DNA of 64,000 nucleotides from Nitrososphaeria archaeon (GTDB lineage Archaea; Thermoproteota; Nitrososphaeria; JACIWG01): NCBI GenBank assembly GCA_026413865.1, contig JAOAKB010000005.1, positions 803 to 64,802 of the forward strand, read 5' to 3'. Shown piece by piece: positions 55,849 to 64,000 of this stretch (position 1 is its first letter; each line of letters starts with the position of its first letter). The notes under the pieces were generated by a model. It saw only the letters and a program-made list of their open reading frames with translations, ran no database searches and was not told where the DNA came from. The position numbers and the translations under genes were made by a program.

Positions 55849-56148
55849 ATGAGCTCAGTCCAAGGTTCATGTTGTATATATTGTGGATACTATTCTCCTA
55901 ATGCAACTTTTCCTTGGATAGGCTTATGTAAGCGTGATGGAAAGTTTGTGGTTTCAAAACCTTCCTGTGAAAACTTTACTGAAGTTGGCTTTAAGAAGGT
56001 TTTTGATGAAGGAGGGTGGGTTCATTGTCTAACATGCAAGAAGCCCATATATTCTGAACAGGAGCTTTCATCTCATGCTGGCCATGCTTTAGCTTTCGAA
56101 ATATGTCCTGATGAGGTTGCATGTGAGGAATCCTATGCTGGAGACTAG
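55849..56148 (+). CDS. Small Cys-rich protein (zinc-ribbon-like)
   Basis: 99 aa with 9 Cys (CCIYCG, CLTCK). Its stop is immediately followed by the GTG start of the oxidoreductase alpha subunit. Confidence 0.4.
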   Translation: MSSVQGSCCIYCGYYSPNATFPWIGLCKRDGKFVVSKPSCENFTEVGFKKVFDEGGWVHCLTCKKPIYSEQELSSHAGHALAFEICPDEVACEESYAGD

Positions 56149-58065
56149 GTGGTTGCCTTGTACAATAATATTCTAATTCTACTTGGTGGGCCTCAAGGTT
56201 CTGGCCTGGAATCTAGTGCTCAGATACTTTCTAAGACTTTTGCACGTTTAGGTTACGGCCTTTTTGCTGACAGAGAATATTTTTCTAACATTAAAGGAAG
56301 GCACAGCTATATTCACATGAGGATTTCATCTAAGGGTCTTCCAGTATCACTATCATATCCTGTTCAAATTTTGTGTGCAATGGATGCTGAAACTTTCTTC
56401 ACACACTTTCAGGATGTTGAAGAAAAGGGTGTAATAGTCTATGATGTATCCACACTTTCTACAAAATATTCTGCAATACCTTCTATTGAGCCTGGTTTGA
56501 GAGAGAGGCTTAGAGTTTCTTTTAGCGAATTCGGCTTAGACGGTTCAATATCCTCTCTAATAAGATATTTGAAGGCAGTTAAGAAGACTAGGTTCATTGG
56601 ATTAGATTATCAAAAGATACTTTCAGAATTGTCCCAAAAGTTCACTCTTTCTCCAGCCCATGCTTCAAGATATCTTAGCTCTATCATTGTAGGCGCCATT
56701 GTAGGGCTTACTGGATTAAAGTTGGACGCTGTAGCCTATGCTTTAGCCTCAAGATTTGCGGGAAGACCGCAGCTTATAGAGCATAACATGTTCATTATAG
56801 AGTCTGTTTCAAAAACTGTAATGAAAGAGTTTGGAACACTATGCGAACTTGAGCCTTCAGCAAACAGTCTTGAAAAGATGCTTGTTTCAAGTGGAAATGA
56901 TGTTATAGCGATGGCTAAAATAGTTGGCGGTCTCAGGTTTCAAAGCTATTATCCTATAACTCCAGCTGCAGACGAAAGCTTTACTCTAGAAACTTTTGAA
57001 AGACTTGAAGTTGACGGTGAAAGTTTAGGCTCTCTCATTGTCATACAGACTGAGGATGAGATTGCTGCCATATGCTCCGCAATAGGAGCTTCACTTTCTG
57101 GTGTCAGAAGTTCTACTTCTACTAGTGGACCTGGCTTTAGTCTTATGGTTGAAGCTTTAGGATATGCTGGACAGATAGAGTCTCCAGTGGTTATAACATA
57201 CTATCAGAGGGGTGCACCTAGCACTGGACAGCCTACCAGAGGTGGACAATCGGATCTACTATTCACATTATATGCTTCACATGGAGAGTTCCCTAGGATA
57301 GTTCTCTCTTCAGGAGACCATCTTGAAGCATTCTATGATACAATACTTGCCCTAAACCTTTCTGAAAGATACAACGTTCCAGTAATACATTTGCTTGACA
57401 AGTTTTTAGCCAACAGTATTGTTACAACACCATTACCTGAAATAAGTAAGGTTAAAATTGACAGAGGTAAGACTGTCTTCGAAAAACCTGATTTTAAAAG
57501 ATTTGACCTATCACGTCCTATCTCACTCAGAACCTTTTTGGGTTCAAACATTATACAGTGGGCTGCTGGAGACGAGCACGATGAATACGGCCATATTGAT
57601 GAAGATCCATTGAATAGGAGAAAAATGTACGAGAAGAGAATGAAGAAGCTTGAGATAATTGATTCAGAAGTTCCTGTTGAGGAGAGGGCTATATTTTATG
57701 GCCAAGATGATGCAAGACTTGTTATGATAGGATGGGGTTCAGTTAAGGGTGTAGCATTAGATGCGGTAAAGGAAATGGAGTTGTCTGGTATAAAATGTGG
57801 TTACCTGCACCTGAAAATGTTTTCACCCTTCCCATCAGAATACGTTAAAAGTATTCTCTCAAAATTTAAGCCTGAAAACCTTGTTGCTGTTGAACACAAT
57901 TATCTTGCTCAAGCATCCCAGCTTGTTAGACAGCAGACTGGAATATTAATTGGAAATTCTATAGTAAAATATACTGGCCGCCCAATTTATTTAAGCGAGC
58001 TTGTGAACGCATTGAATAGGATTTTAAATGGTGAAAGGAGGGTTGTTCTAGAATATGGTGCGTAG
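56149..58065 (+). CDS. 2-oxoacid:ferredoxin oxidoreductase, fused gamma-alpha subunit
   Basis: 638 aa. N-terminal gamma-like domain (GGPQGSG) plus alpha domain (YPITPA). Followed by the TPP-binding beta subunit. Confidence 0.85.
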   Translation: MVALYNNILILLGGPQGSGLESSAQILSKTFARLGYGLFADREYFSNIKGRHSYIHMRISSKGLPVSLSYPVQILCAMDAETFFTHFQDVEEKGVIVYDVSTLSTKYSAIPSIEPGLRERLRVSFSEFGLDGSISSLIRYLKAVKKTRFIGLDYQKILSELSQKFTLSPAHASRYLSSIIVGAIVGLTGLKLDAVAYALASRFAGRPQLIEHNMFIIESVSKTVMKEFGTLCELEPSANSLEKMLVSSGNDVIAMAKIVGGLRFQSYYPITPAADESFTLETFERLEVDGESLGSLIVIQTEDEIAAICSAIGASLSGVRSSTSTSGPGFSLMVEALGYAGQIESPVVITYYQRGAPSTGQPTRGGQSDLLFTLYASHGEFPRIVLSSGDHLEAFYDTILALNLSERYNVPVIHLLDKFLANSIVTTPLPEISKVKIDRGKTVFEKPDFKRFDLSRPISLRTFLGSNIIQWAAGDEHDEYGHIDEDPLNRRKMYEKRMKKLEIIDSEVPVEERAIFYGQDDARLVMIGWGSVKGVALDAVKEMELSGIKCGYLHLKMFSPFPSEYVKSILSKFKPENLVAVEHNYLAQASQLVRQQTGILIGNSIVKYTGRPIYLSELVNALNRILNGERRVVLEYGA

Positions 58066-58999
58066 TCCAAACGATTATAGAACAGACGTGTGGGTTGACT
58101 GGTGTCCAGGATGTGGAAACTACGGTATACTTGCAGCCCTATACAAGGCTTTTGCAGAACTTCAGCTTGACCCAACAAACACGGTCATTGTTTCTGGAAT
58201 AGGATGTTCTGGCAAAACACCTCACTTTGTTAAAGTTAATGGTATACATACATTACATGGTAGGGCCATAGCTTTTGCTTCTGGAATAAAGCTTGCTAAT
58301 CCAAACCTTACAGTTATGGTGCATGGTGGAGACGGTGACCTTATGGGTATAGGCTTAGGCCACTTTATAGCATTGGGGAGAAAAAATTTAGACATAAAGG
58401 TCATGTTACACGATAATAGAGTCTATGGACTGACAAAAGGTCAGGCTTCTCCAACACTATCTAAAGGTTTGAGGACAAAATCGCTGGCACAGCCAAATAT
58501 ACTTAACTCCCTAAACCCTGTAGCTTTAGCCCTTGTTTCAGGATACACTTTTGTAGCAAGAGGCTATTCTATGCTTTCTGAACATTTAAAGAATCTTATT
58601 ATTGCAGCAATAAAACATAAGGGTTCAGCATTCATAGACATACTACAGCCATGTGTAACATACAATGACATACACACTCCAGAATATTATAGGAAAAAGG
58701 TATACTTTCTCGAAGAAGATGGATGGAATCCAATGGTTAGAGAGGGTGAAGAGTCTGATAAGCTTTTGAATGCAATAAAAAGGTCTTTTGAAGAGGAAAG
58801 GATTCCTATCGGAATATTTTACCAGAACAATTTTAAGCAGACTTTAGAGGAATCCTACAGCCAAAGAATATCCTCCTATTTTAAGACCATTCCTCCATGG
58901 CAGAAGATTTCAAAGGATGATGGTTCACCAATATTTGATGAAATATTGTTTGAAAAAATGTTCGAAGAATATATTGTTAGAGTGGAAAGAAGCCAATAA
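58055..58999 (+). CDS. 2-oxoacid:ferredoxin oxidoreductase, beta (TPP-binding) subunit
   Basis: WCPGCG, GIGCSG and HGGDGD motifs. 314 aa. Confidence 0.85.
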   Translation: MVRSPNDYRTDVWVDWCPGCGNYGILAALYKAFAELQLDPTNTVIVSGIGCSGKTPHFVKVNGIHTLHGRAIAFASGIKLANPNLTVMVHGGDGDLMGIGLGHFIALGRKNLDIKVMLHDNRVYGLTKGQASPTLSKGLRTKSLAQPNILNSLNPVALALVSGYTFVARGYSMLSEHLKNLIIAAIKHKGSAFIDILQPCVTYNDIHTPEYYRKKVYFLEEDGWNPMVREGEESDKLLNAIKRSFEEERIPIGIFYQNNFKQTLEESYSQRISSYFKTIPPWQKISKDDGSPIFDEILFEKMFEEYIVRVERSQ

Positions 59000-59242
59000 C
59001 TCGGACAACCTGTCTTTAGAGATGGTGCGTAAAACAGTACTATAATATCATAAATTTTTCTAAAAATGACAAAAATGTTTATAAAAGAAAAAAATTTTAA
59101 AACTTATATACCAAAAAATTGTCCTATATTGTAATGGACAAAGCATTCACCAGAACCGGGGAATGTTCATGCTATTATAATGATTTAGAAGAATATTTAT
59201 CCACGTACATATATCATTGTTTTAAAATGGTGGTGTATTCGG

Positions 59243-59635
59243 TTGCAAAATAGTCTCATAGAAGACAATGTTGTTTTAGAAAGTTCAAGTGAGAAGCTGA
59301 AGAATGTTTTGAAAAAGGTTATGGTTAAGGCTAAACGTTCCGGGATATGGTGGAAGCTTGATACAATAGAGCGTGGGATACTCTCGCTTTCAACTAAATT
59401 GGATATAAGGTTTACGAGCATGAAGCTTTTAAGGTCAATAGTTCATATCGTTAAAGAAATAGGTAAAATGCTTTCACTCACATACCAAAATTATTTGAGA
59501 GGATTGAAGACGGCATATAATGTTGCAAAGTTTGCGTCAGAAAACGGCTATAGGGAAGCAAAAGATTGGGTAAAAGACAAAAATTTCATAGTATGGTGGG
59601 GAATATTTTTAAATCCGAAAACATACACCAAATAG
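59243..59635 (+). CDS. Hypothetical protein
   Basis: 130-aa ORF with no recognisable motif. Coding status uncertain. Confidence 0.3.
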   Translation: MQNSLIEDNVVLESSSEKLKNVLKKVMVKAKRSGIWWKLDTIERGILSLSTKLDIRFTSMKLLRSIVHIVKEIGKMLSLTYQNYLRGLKTAYNVAKFASENGYREAKDWVKDKNFIVWWGIFLNPKTYTK

Positions 59636-59644
59636 TGAGGTAAG

Positions 59645-59929
59645 TTGAATAAAGACCAGTTAATTGGAGCTCTCCTCCTTGTTGGAAGCGTTATCGGAAT
59701 AATAGTTTACGGTTACCTACTATATCTTTATCCACAGCTGATTCTACAGATTACAGCATTTGTTGCAGTAGCAGGAGTATTAGGTATAGTTGGATGGATA
59801 GGCTACACACTTGCAACAACTCCTCCACCAAAGCCTATTGAAGAAATCGAGAAAGAAATTGAAAAAGAGCTTAAGAGTGTAGAGGAGAAGGAGGAGCCTA
59901 AAACTGAAGAAAAGAGCCAGCAGCAATAA
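59645..59929 (+). CDS. Small membrane protein with acidic/Lys-rich tail
   Basis: Two predicted TM helices (LIGALLLVGSVIGIIVYGYLLYL; ITAFVAVAGVLGIVGWIGYTL). Confidence 0.4.
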   Translation: MNKDQLIGALLLVGSVIGIIVYGYLLYLYPQLILQITAFVAVAGVLGIVGWIGYTLATTPPPKPIEEIEKEIEKELKSVEEKEEPKTEEKSQQQ

Positions 59930-59962
59930 ACACAACCTATTTTTTTCTCTTGTGAGAATAAA

Positions 59963-61783
59963 ATGTGTGGAATAATAGGCTATATAGGCAAAGATGTAGC
60001 TAACAAAATCATTTTAGAGGGTCTAAAAAGGCTAGAATACAGAGGATACGATTCAGTTGGTACGGCAACAATCGATGCAAAAAACCATCTAATAATAAAA
60101 AAGGATGTTGGAAGAATCGAGGAAGTGAACACAAAACTAAACCTTCTAGAACCAGCATCCAATATAATGCTGGGACACTGTCGCTGGGCAACTCATGGTG
60201 CTCCAACAAGAGAAAACGCTCACCCACATTTGGACTGCAAGAATAATGTTGCTGTTGTACACAATGGTGTAATAGAAAACTTTCTTGAATTAAAAGAAGA
60301 GCTTATTGAAGGAGGTCATAAGTTTGTTTCTAGAACTGACACAGAAGTTGTCCCCCATCTTGTTGAAGAGGGTTTGAATGCTGGATTAAGCTTTTATGAT
60401 GCTACAGTTAACGCTATAAGAAGGATTAAGGGATCATATGCTCTCGCAATAATTTCTACAAGAGAACCTGATAAGATCATATGTGCTAGAAACGAGAGCC
60501 CTCTTGTGTTAGGTGTATCTGATTCTGGAACATTCTGTGCATCAGATATTCCAGCAATATTACCTTACACAAACAAGGTTATCGTCTTAAACAATGGTGA
60601 GCTTGCAATATTAGAAGCCAATAAATTTGTAATAAAACGTGTTTCTGATGGTATAACACTTTCTAGGGAAGCTAAGGTTATAGAATGGTCTATCGAGCAG
60701 GCTGAAAAACAAGGTTACCCACATTTTATGCTAAAAGAAATCCATGAGCAGCCTACAAGTCTAAGAAACGCTCTAAGGCTTCAAGAACAGTATCTTGACC
60801 TAATAGCAACATTCTTGGACAGGGGTGAAAAAATATTTCTTCTTGCAGCTGGAACATCACATTACGCTTGCATAGCTTCATCATACATGTTCTCTAAACT
60901 TGCTAGGCTAGCCACATACCCAATAATATCCTCTGAATTTATAGAAAACTATGGCGAAAGCGTAGGCATAGATACAGTAATCTTGGCTGTAAGCCAGTCT
61001 GGAGAAACATATGATACACTGAAGGCTGTGGATTATGCTAGAATGAGGGCTGCCACAATATTGGGTATAACAAACGTTGTAGGCTCAACATTGACAAGGG
61101 TCTCGAGAGCATATATTGTGCAACAGTCTGGTCCAGAAATAGGTGTTGCTGCAACAAAAAGTTATACTGCACAAGTTCTTGTGCTCGCACAGCTTGCACT
61201 AAAGCTTGCAAAGATAAGGGGAAAACTTTCACAGGATGAAATAGACGAACTTAAAGCAAGCTTAAACAGGATACCTGAAGTAGTAGAAAATGTTCTTGAA
61301 ACAAGAGAGGAGAAGGTTAAGGCTATAGCTAAAAAATATGCTAAAGAAAAACTCTTCCTATTCCTTGGAAGGGGAATAAGTACTGCAACAGCATTAGAGG
61401 GAAGGCTGAAGCTACTAGAAATATCATATACACCATCACTAGCGTATCCTGCAGGAGAAAGTAAGCATGGTCCAATAAGTATAATAGAAGACGGTGTCCC
61501 AGTCATATTCATATGCCCAAATGATGAAACAAGAAAAGAGATAATAGGAAACATAATGGAAATGAAGGCAAGAGGTGCAAAAATTATAAGCGTATGCGAG
61601 AAAGGAGATCAAAAGATAGCAAACCTATCAGATGACATAATAGAAATACCAAAAGTGAATCCACTACTATCTCCAATACCATACATAATACCTCTACAAC
61701 TACTTGCATACTATATTGCAATAGAAAAGGGTCTTGACCCGGACAAGCCAAGAAACCTAGCAAAAAGTGTAACAGTACCATAA
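59963..61783 (+). CDS. glmS: Glutamine--fructose-6-phosphate aminotransferase
   Basis: N-terminal MCGIIGY (Ntn Cys), two SIS domains, C-terminal ...NLAKSVTV. 606 aa. Confidence 0.95.
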   Translation: MCGIIGYIGKDVANKIILEGLKRLEYRGYDSVGTATIDAKNHLIIKKDVGRIEEVNTKLNLLEPASNIMLGHCRWATHGAPTRENAHPHLDCKNNVAVVHNGVIENFLELKEELIEGGHKFVSRTDTEVVPHLVEEGLNAGLSFYDATVNAIRRIKGSYALAIISTREPDKIICARNESPLVLGVSDSGTFCASDIPAILPYTNKVIVLNNGELAILEANKFVIKRVSDGITLSREAKVIEWSIEQAEKQGYPHFMLKEIHEQPTSLRNALRLQEQYLDLIATFLDRGEKIFLLAAGTSHYACIASSYMFSKLARLATYPIISSEFIENYGESVGIDTVILAVSQSGETYDTLKAVDYARMRAATILGITNVVGSTLTRVSRAYIVQQSGPEIGVAATKSYTAQVLVLAQLALKLAKIRGKLSQDEIDELKASLNRIPEVVENVLETREEKVKAIAKKYAKEKLFLFLGRGISTATALEGRLKLLEISYTPSLAYPAGESKHGPISIIEDGVPVIFICPNDETRKEIIGNIMEMKARGAKIISVCEKGDQKIANLSDDIIEIPKVNPLLSPIPYIIPLQLLAYYIAIEKGLDPDKPRNLAKSVTVP

Positions 61784-61799
61784 AAGAATTTGAACATAG

Positions 61800-62134
61800 T
61801 TGAAAGAAAAACTTAACATACATGCAGTAGATATAGAATTATCGGAATGTCTAAACACATTATGGAAGCATGCCAAAATATACAAAGACCTAGACGAGGG
61901 GAAGTAAAATCTGCTGCCCAAGACCTAATAGAAATCTACAACAAATTAAACATTTTCACAACAGAGGAAGTATGTATGGACGCACTAGAGTTAGCCCTAA
62001 CCCTAAACATAACATTCTACGATGCAATCTATACTGCTTCAGCAAAAAAGCTTAATGCCACCCTATATACCGTTGACCAAAAATTGTATAATTCATCCAA
62101 AAACATTATATTTGCAGAATTACTGGAAGCATAA
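61800..62134 (+). pseudogene. VapC-like PIN-domain toxin remnant (5'-truncated and frameshifted)
   Basis: The frame from 61800 encodes ...AVDIELSECLNTLWKHAKIYKDLDEGK*. The frame of the 61847 ORF continues RRGEVKSAAQDLIEIY...ALELALTLNITFYDAIYTASAKKLNATLYTVDQKL. Together they resemble the E..N.LWK...YDA.Y...A....L.T.D.KL pattern of VapC. The N-terminal Asp segment is absent. Confidence 0.45.
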
Positions 62135-62217
62135 GTTGAAAAATATCGTTAATAAAATTCTAACTAAACCAAGTAACTGTTAAATAGAACCACTTCTGTC
62201 TAAAGATAGTAGATTGA

Positions 62218-62640
62218 ATGTCCATTAATAAAGAATACATTGAATCAAGAGTTAGAGAAATCAATGATGCAATTAAATTTTTGAAGGAGATAACATCAAA
62301 AAACTTTAGTGAGCTAACAGAATATGAGAAGCTTGCAATAAGATACCTTATAATACAGCTTGTTGAAGCAGCATCAAGCATATGCCTACACACCCTCCTA
62401 AACTTATTCAATGAAAAGCCTGAAGGGTTCCCAGAATGTTTTATAAGACTCGGTTCCAAAAATTTGATATCGAAAGAGTTGGCGACTAAACTTTCTTTGG
62501 CTGCAAGATTAAGGAACCTAATAGTACACAGGTATTGGGTAATAAAAGATGAAATAGTCTATGAAAGTGTCAAGAGTGGGTTAAAAGATTTTGAAGACTT
62601 TACGTTAAGTGTTAGACATATTTTGGAAAAAGGTGCTTGA
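62218..62640 (+). CDS. hepT: HepT-type HEPN (DUF86) toxin
   Basis: R-x4-H-x-Y motif RNLIVHRY near the C-terminus. 140 aa. Confidence 0.8.
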   Translation: MSINKEYIESRVREINDAIKFLKEITSKNFSELTEYEKLAIRYLIIQLVEAASSICLHTLLNLFNEKPEGFPECFIRLGSKNLISKELATKLSLAARLRNLIVHRYWVIKDEIVYESVKSGLKDFEDFTLSVRHILEKGA

Positions 62641-63071
62641 TAATGAATGAAGCGAAAATTTTAGAAGGTATGGAACTAAAATATTGGACTCTAGCTGAAG
62701 AAGAGAGGCATAAAATTTTAGAAAAGATAAAAAAATTTTTTGAAAAAGATGATGAAATAATGTTTGCAATAGTTCATGGAAGTTTCATAGAAAGGAACAG
62801 TTTTAGAGACATAGATATTGCAATATGGGTAAAGGATCCTGAAAAAGCCTTCCAGTACACCATAAACCTACCATGCAAAATAGGGGAAGAAATCGAGGTT
62901 CCTGTAGACATACAAGTGTTAAATGATGCACCTTTACCCTTTAAACATCATGTGCTAACAAGTGGTAAAATACTCTTTTCAAGGGATGAAAAATTAAGAA
63001 CAAGATTGGCTGACGAAACAATAAGGCAATATATGGACCTAAAACTTTTAACAAAATATTCAAACAGATGA
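62637..63071 (+). CDS. mntA: MntA-type minimal nucleotidyltransferase antitoxin
   Basis: HGSFIERNSFRDIDIAIW (G-S...D-x-D NTase motif). 4-nt overlap with hepT. Confidence 0.8.
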   Translation: MIMNEAKILEGMELKYWTLAEEERHKILEKIKKFFEKDDEIMFAIVHGSFIERNSFRDIDIAIWVKDPEKAFQYTINLPCKIGEEIEVPVDIQVLNDAPLPFKHHVLTSGKILFSRDEKLRTRLADETIRQYMDLKLLTKYSNR

Positions 63072-63436
63072 GGGGTTTATCAAAGTCTAAAACATTATGG
63101 CTACAGGAGCTTATTTTTGGAATGGTTAAGGAACCTAAGTAGAAAAACATAAAAGGGATTTTGGAAAGGTTTCGGTTAACACAATCAAGCAGATGAAAAG
63201 AAAAAACTTGAAAAAGGCCATCAACAATCTATTAAGTGAAATGGAGCGATTTTCTGAAGACCGACGGATAAATGTTGTTAAAGGATGTTGGAAAGAAAGA
63301 TAACACTTTTTGAAACTCTACTCATACCAAAAACTATAATATAGGAACACTTTAAAGCAGTAAAGTCCCCAGCAGTTAAATAAGCATTCCTGACAAATAA
63401 TAAAATTTTTTCTTTTGAACCGGTGAATAGGCTGGT

Positions 63437-64000
63437 TTGACCTGGATATTTGACGAAGAAGTTGTAGCGGTAATAACTGCAATAATAGTCGTAGTATCCG
63501 TGTTCGCTGTTGTTCAGGCTATAAGTGCTGGTAGGGTTGTAGAACCTTTCTCTGAACTTGGTCTTCTTGGAGCTAACAAGAAGATTGCAGACTATCCTAG
63601 GGAGGTTGTTGTAGGCTCACCTTTTCTACTGCATTCGTATATTGGAAACCATGAAGGTAAAACAATGTTCTATAAGATTATGATAAAGATTGGAAACCGT
63701 ACATCACTAGTTAACGAGACCATACCATTGGCTACAAGTCCTCTTATGATAGTATACACTGTCCTACAGCATAATTCTTCAACAATAATACCATTAAATA
63801 TCACATTATATTCTCCTGGAGAAAACTTGAGGCTTGTCTTCGAAATGTGGATATATAATGAGACTTCACAGTCTTTTGCATATTATGGAAGATGGAACCA
63901 ACTTTGGTTGAATGTTACAAAGCCTCCACTACCGACACCTATAACGCCGAAAACTCAAAATCTGTCCACAAATTTTGAACTTCTTCTAGTAAACGCTTAC
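63437..64000 (+). CDS. DUF1616-like membrane protein, 3'-truncated by window edge
   Basis: Open frame from the TTG at 63437 to the window end (188 codons, not in the ORF track). N-terminal TM helix VVAVITAIIVVVSVFAVV, then FSELGLLG...DYP, as in archaeal DUF1616 proteins. Confidence 0.5.
   Translation, partial: MTWIFDEEVVAVITAIIVVVSVFAVVQAISAGRVVEPFSELGLLGANKKIADYPREVVVGSPFLLHSYIGNHEGKTMFYKIMIKIGNRTSLVNETIPLATSPLMIVYTVLQHNSSTIIPLNITLYSPGENLRLVFEMWIYNETSQSFAYYGRWNQLWLNVTKPPLPTPITPKTQNLSTNFELLLVNAY

Noticed and set aside
59000-59242. Search for C/D-box or H/ACA sRNAs in this and other >140-nt intergenic gaps (30556-30698, 54711-54859, 55682-55848)
   Set aside because: I found no convincing RUGAUGA...CUGA box pairs at appropriate spacing by eye. 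A covariance-model scan would be needed.
63069-63304. Short ORFs (24 and 36 codons) in the 365-nt gap after mntA
   Set aside because: They are too short, with no recognisable motifs or ribosome-binding sites. They may be gene debris in the accessory patch, but that is unsupported.
1-64000. CRISPR arrays, rRNA genes, transposases/IS elements
   Set aside because: I saw no regularly spaced direct repeats of 24-40 nt, no rRNA-like conserved stretches, and no transposase or integrase motifs in any frame of the ORF track.

Overview
This is a low-GC (roughly 35-38% by eye) archaeal chromosomal segment. No homology search was possible, so every call rests on motif and architecture recognition and on gene order. 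Most of the window is tightly packed housekeeping genes. These include smc-scpA-scpB; the eS8, SRP19, Gar1 and TFB block; RlmE, Trm1, Nth and RNase HII; fibrillarin/Nop5; pyrD-pyrK; eS30; Elp3; GatD/GatE; NucS; an ECF transporter; PurP; a 2-oxoacid:ferredoxin oxidoreductase; and GlmS. There are two tRNAs: Arg-CCG, and Leu-UAA with a ~22-nt insertion in the D-loop.

The main finding is a ~16.5-kb island (36.6-52.9 kb) between purP and a PfkB kinase/tRNA-Leu. It holds a 16-gene minus-strand operon colinear with a Mu/PBSX-type contractile phage tail. The order is sheath, tube, assembly chaperone plus a +1-frame ORF behind an A9 tract, tape-measure candidate, gpD-like hub, OB-fold/beta-helix spike, gp25-like, Baseplate-J-like and gpI-like. 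Five orphan ORFs follow, one of them a 707-aa protein with a metzincin signature. Facing the operon convergently is a PAAR gene that overlaps the 3' end of a gene for a membrane-anchored double-zinc-ribbon protein. The window contains no capsid, portal, terminase, integrase or AAA+ ATPase gene. I read the island as a candidate archaeal tailocin or contractile injection system.

Secondary points of interest:
- An orphan nurA-herA pair preceded by three paralogous small winged-helix genes and a repeat-rich divergent promoter.
- A three-gene cassette: wHTH protein, RadA/KaiC-like ATPase, 4-TM protein.
- A decayed VapC remnant next to a HepT-MntA toxin-antitoxin pair.

No rRNA, CRISPR array, transposase or integrase was recognised.
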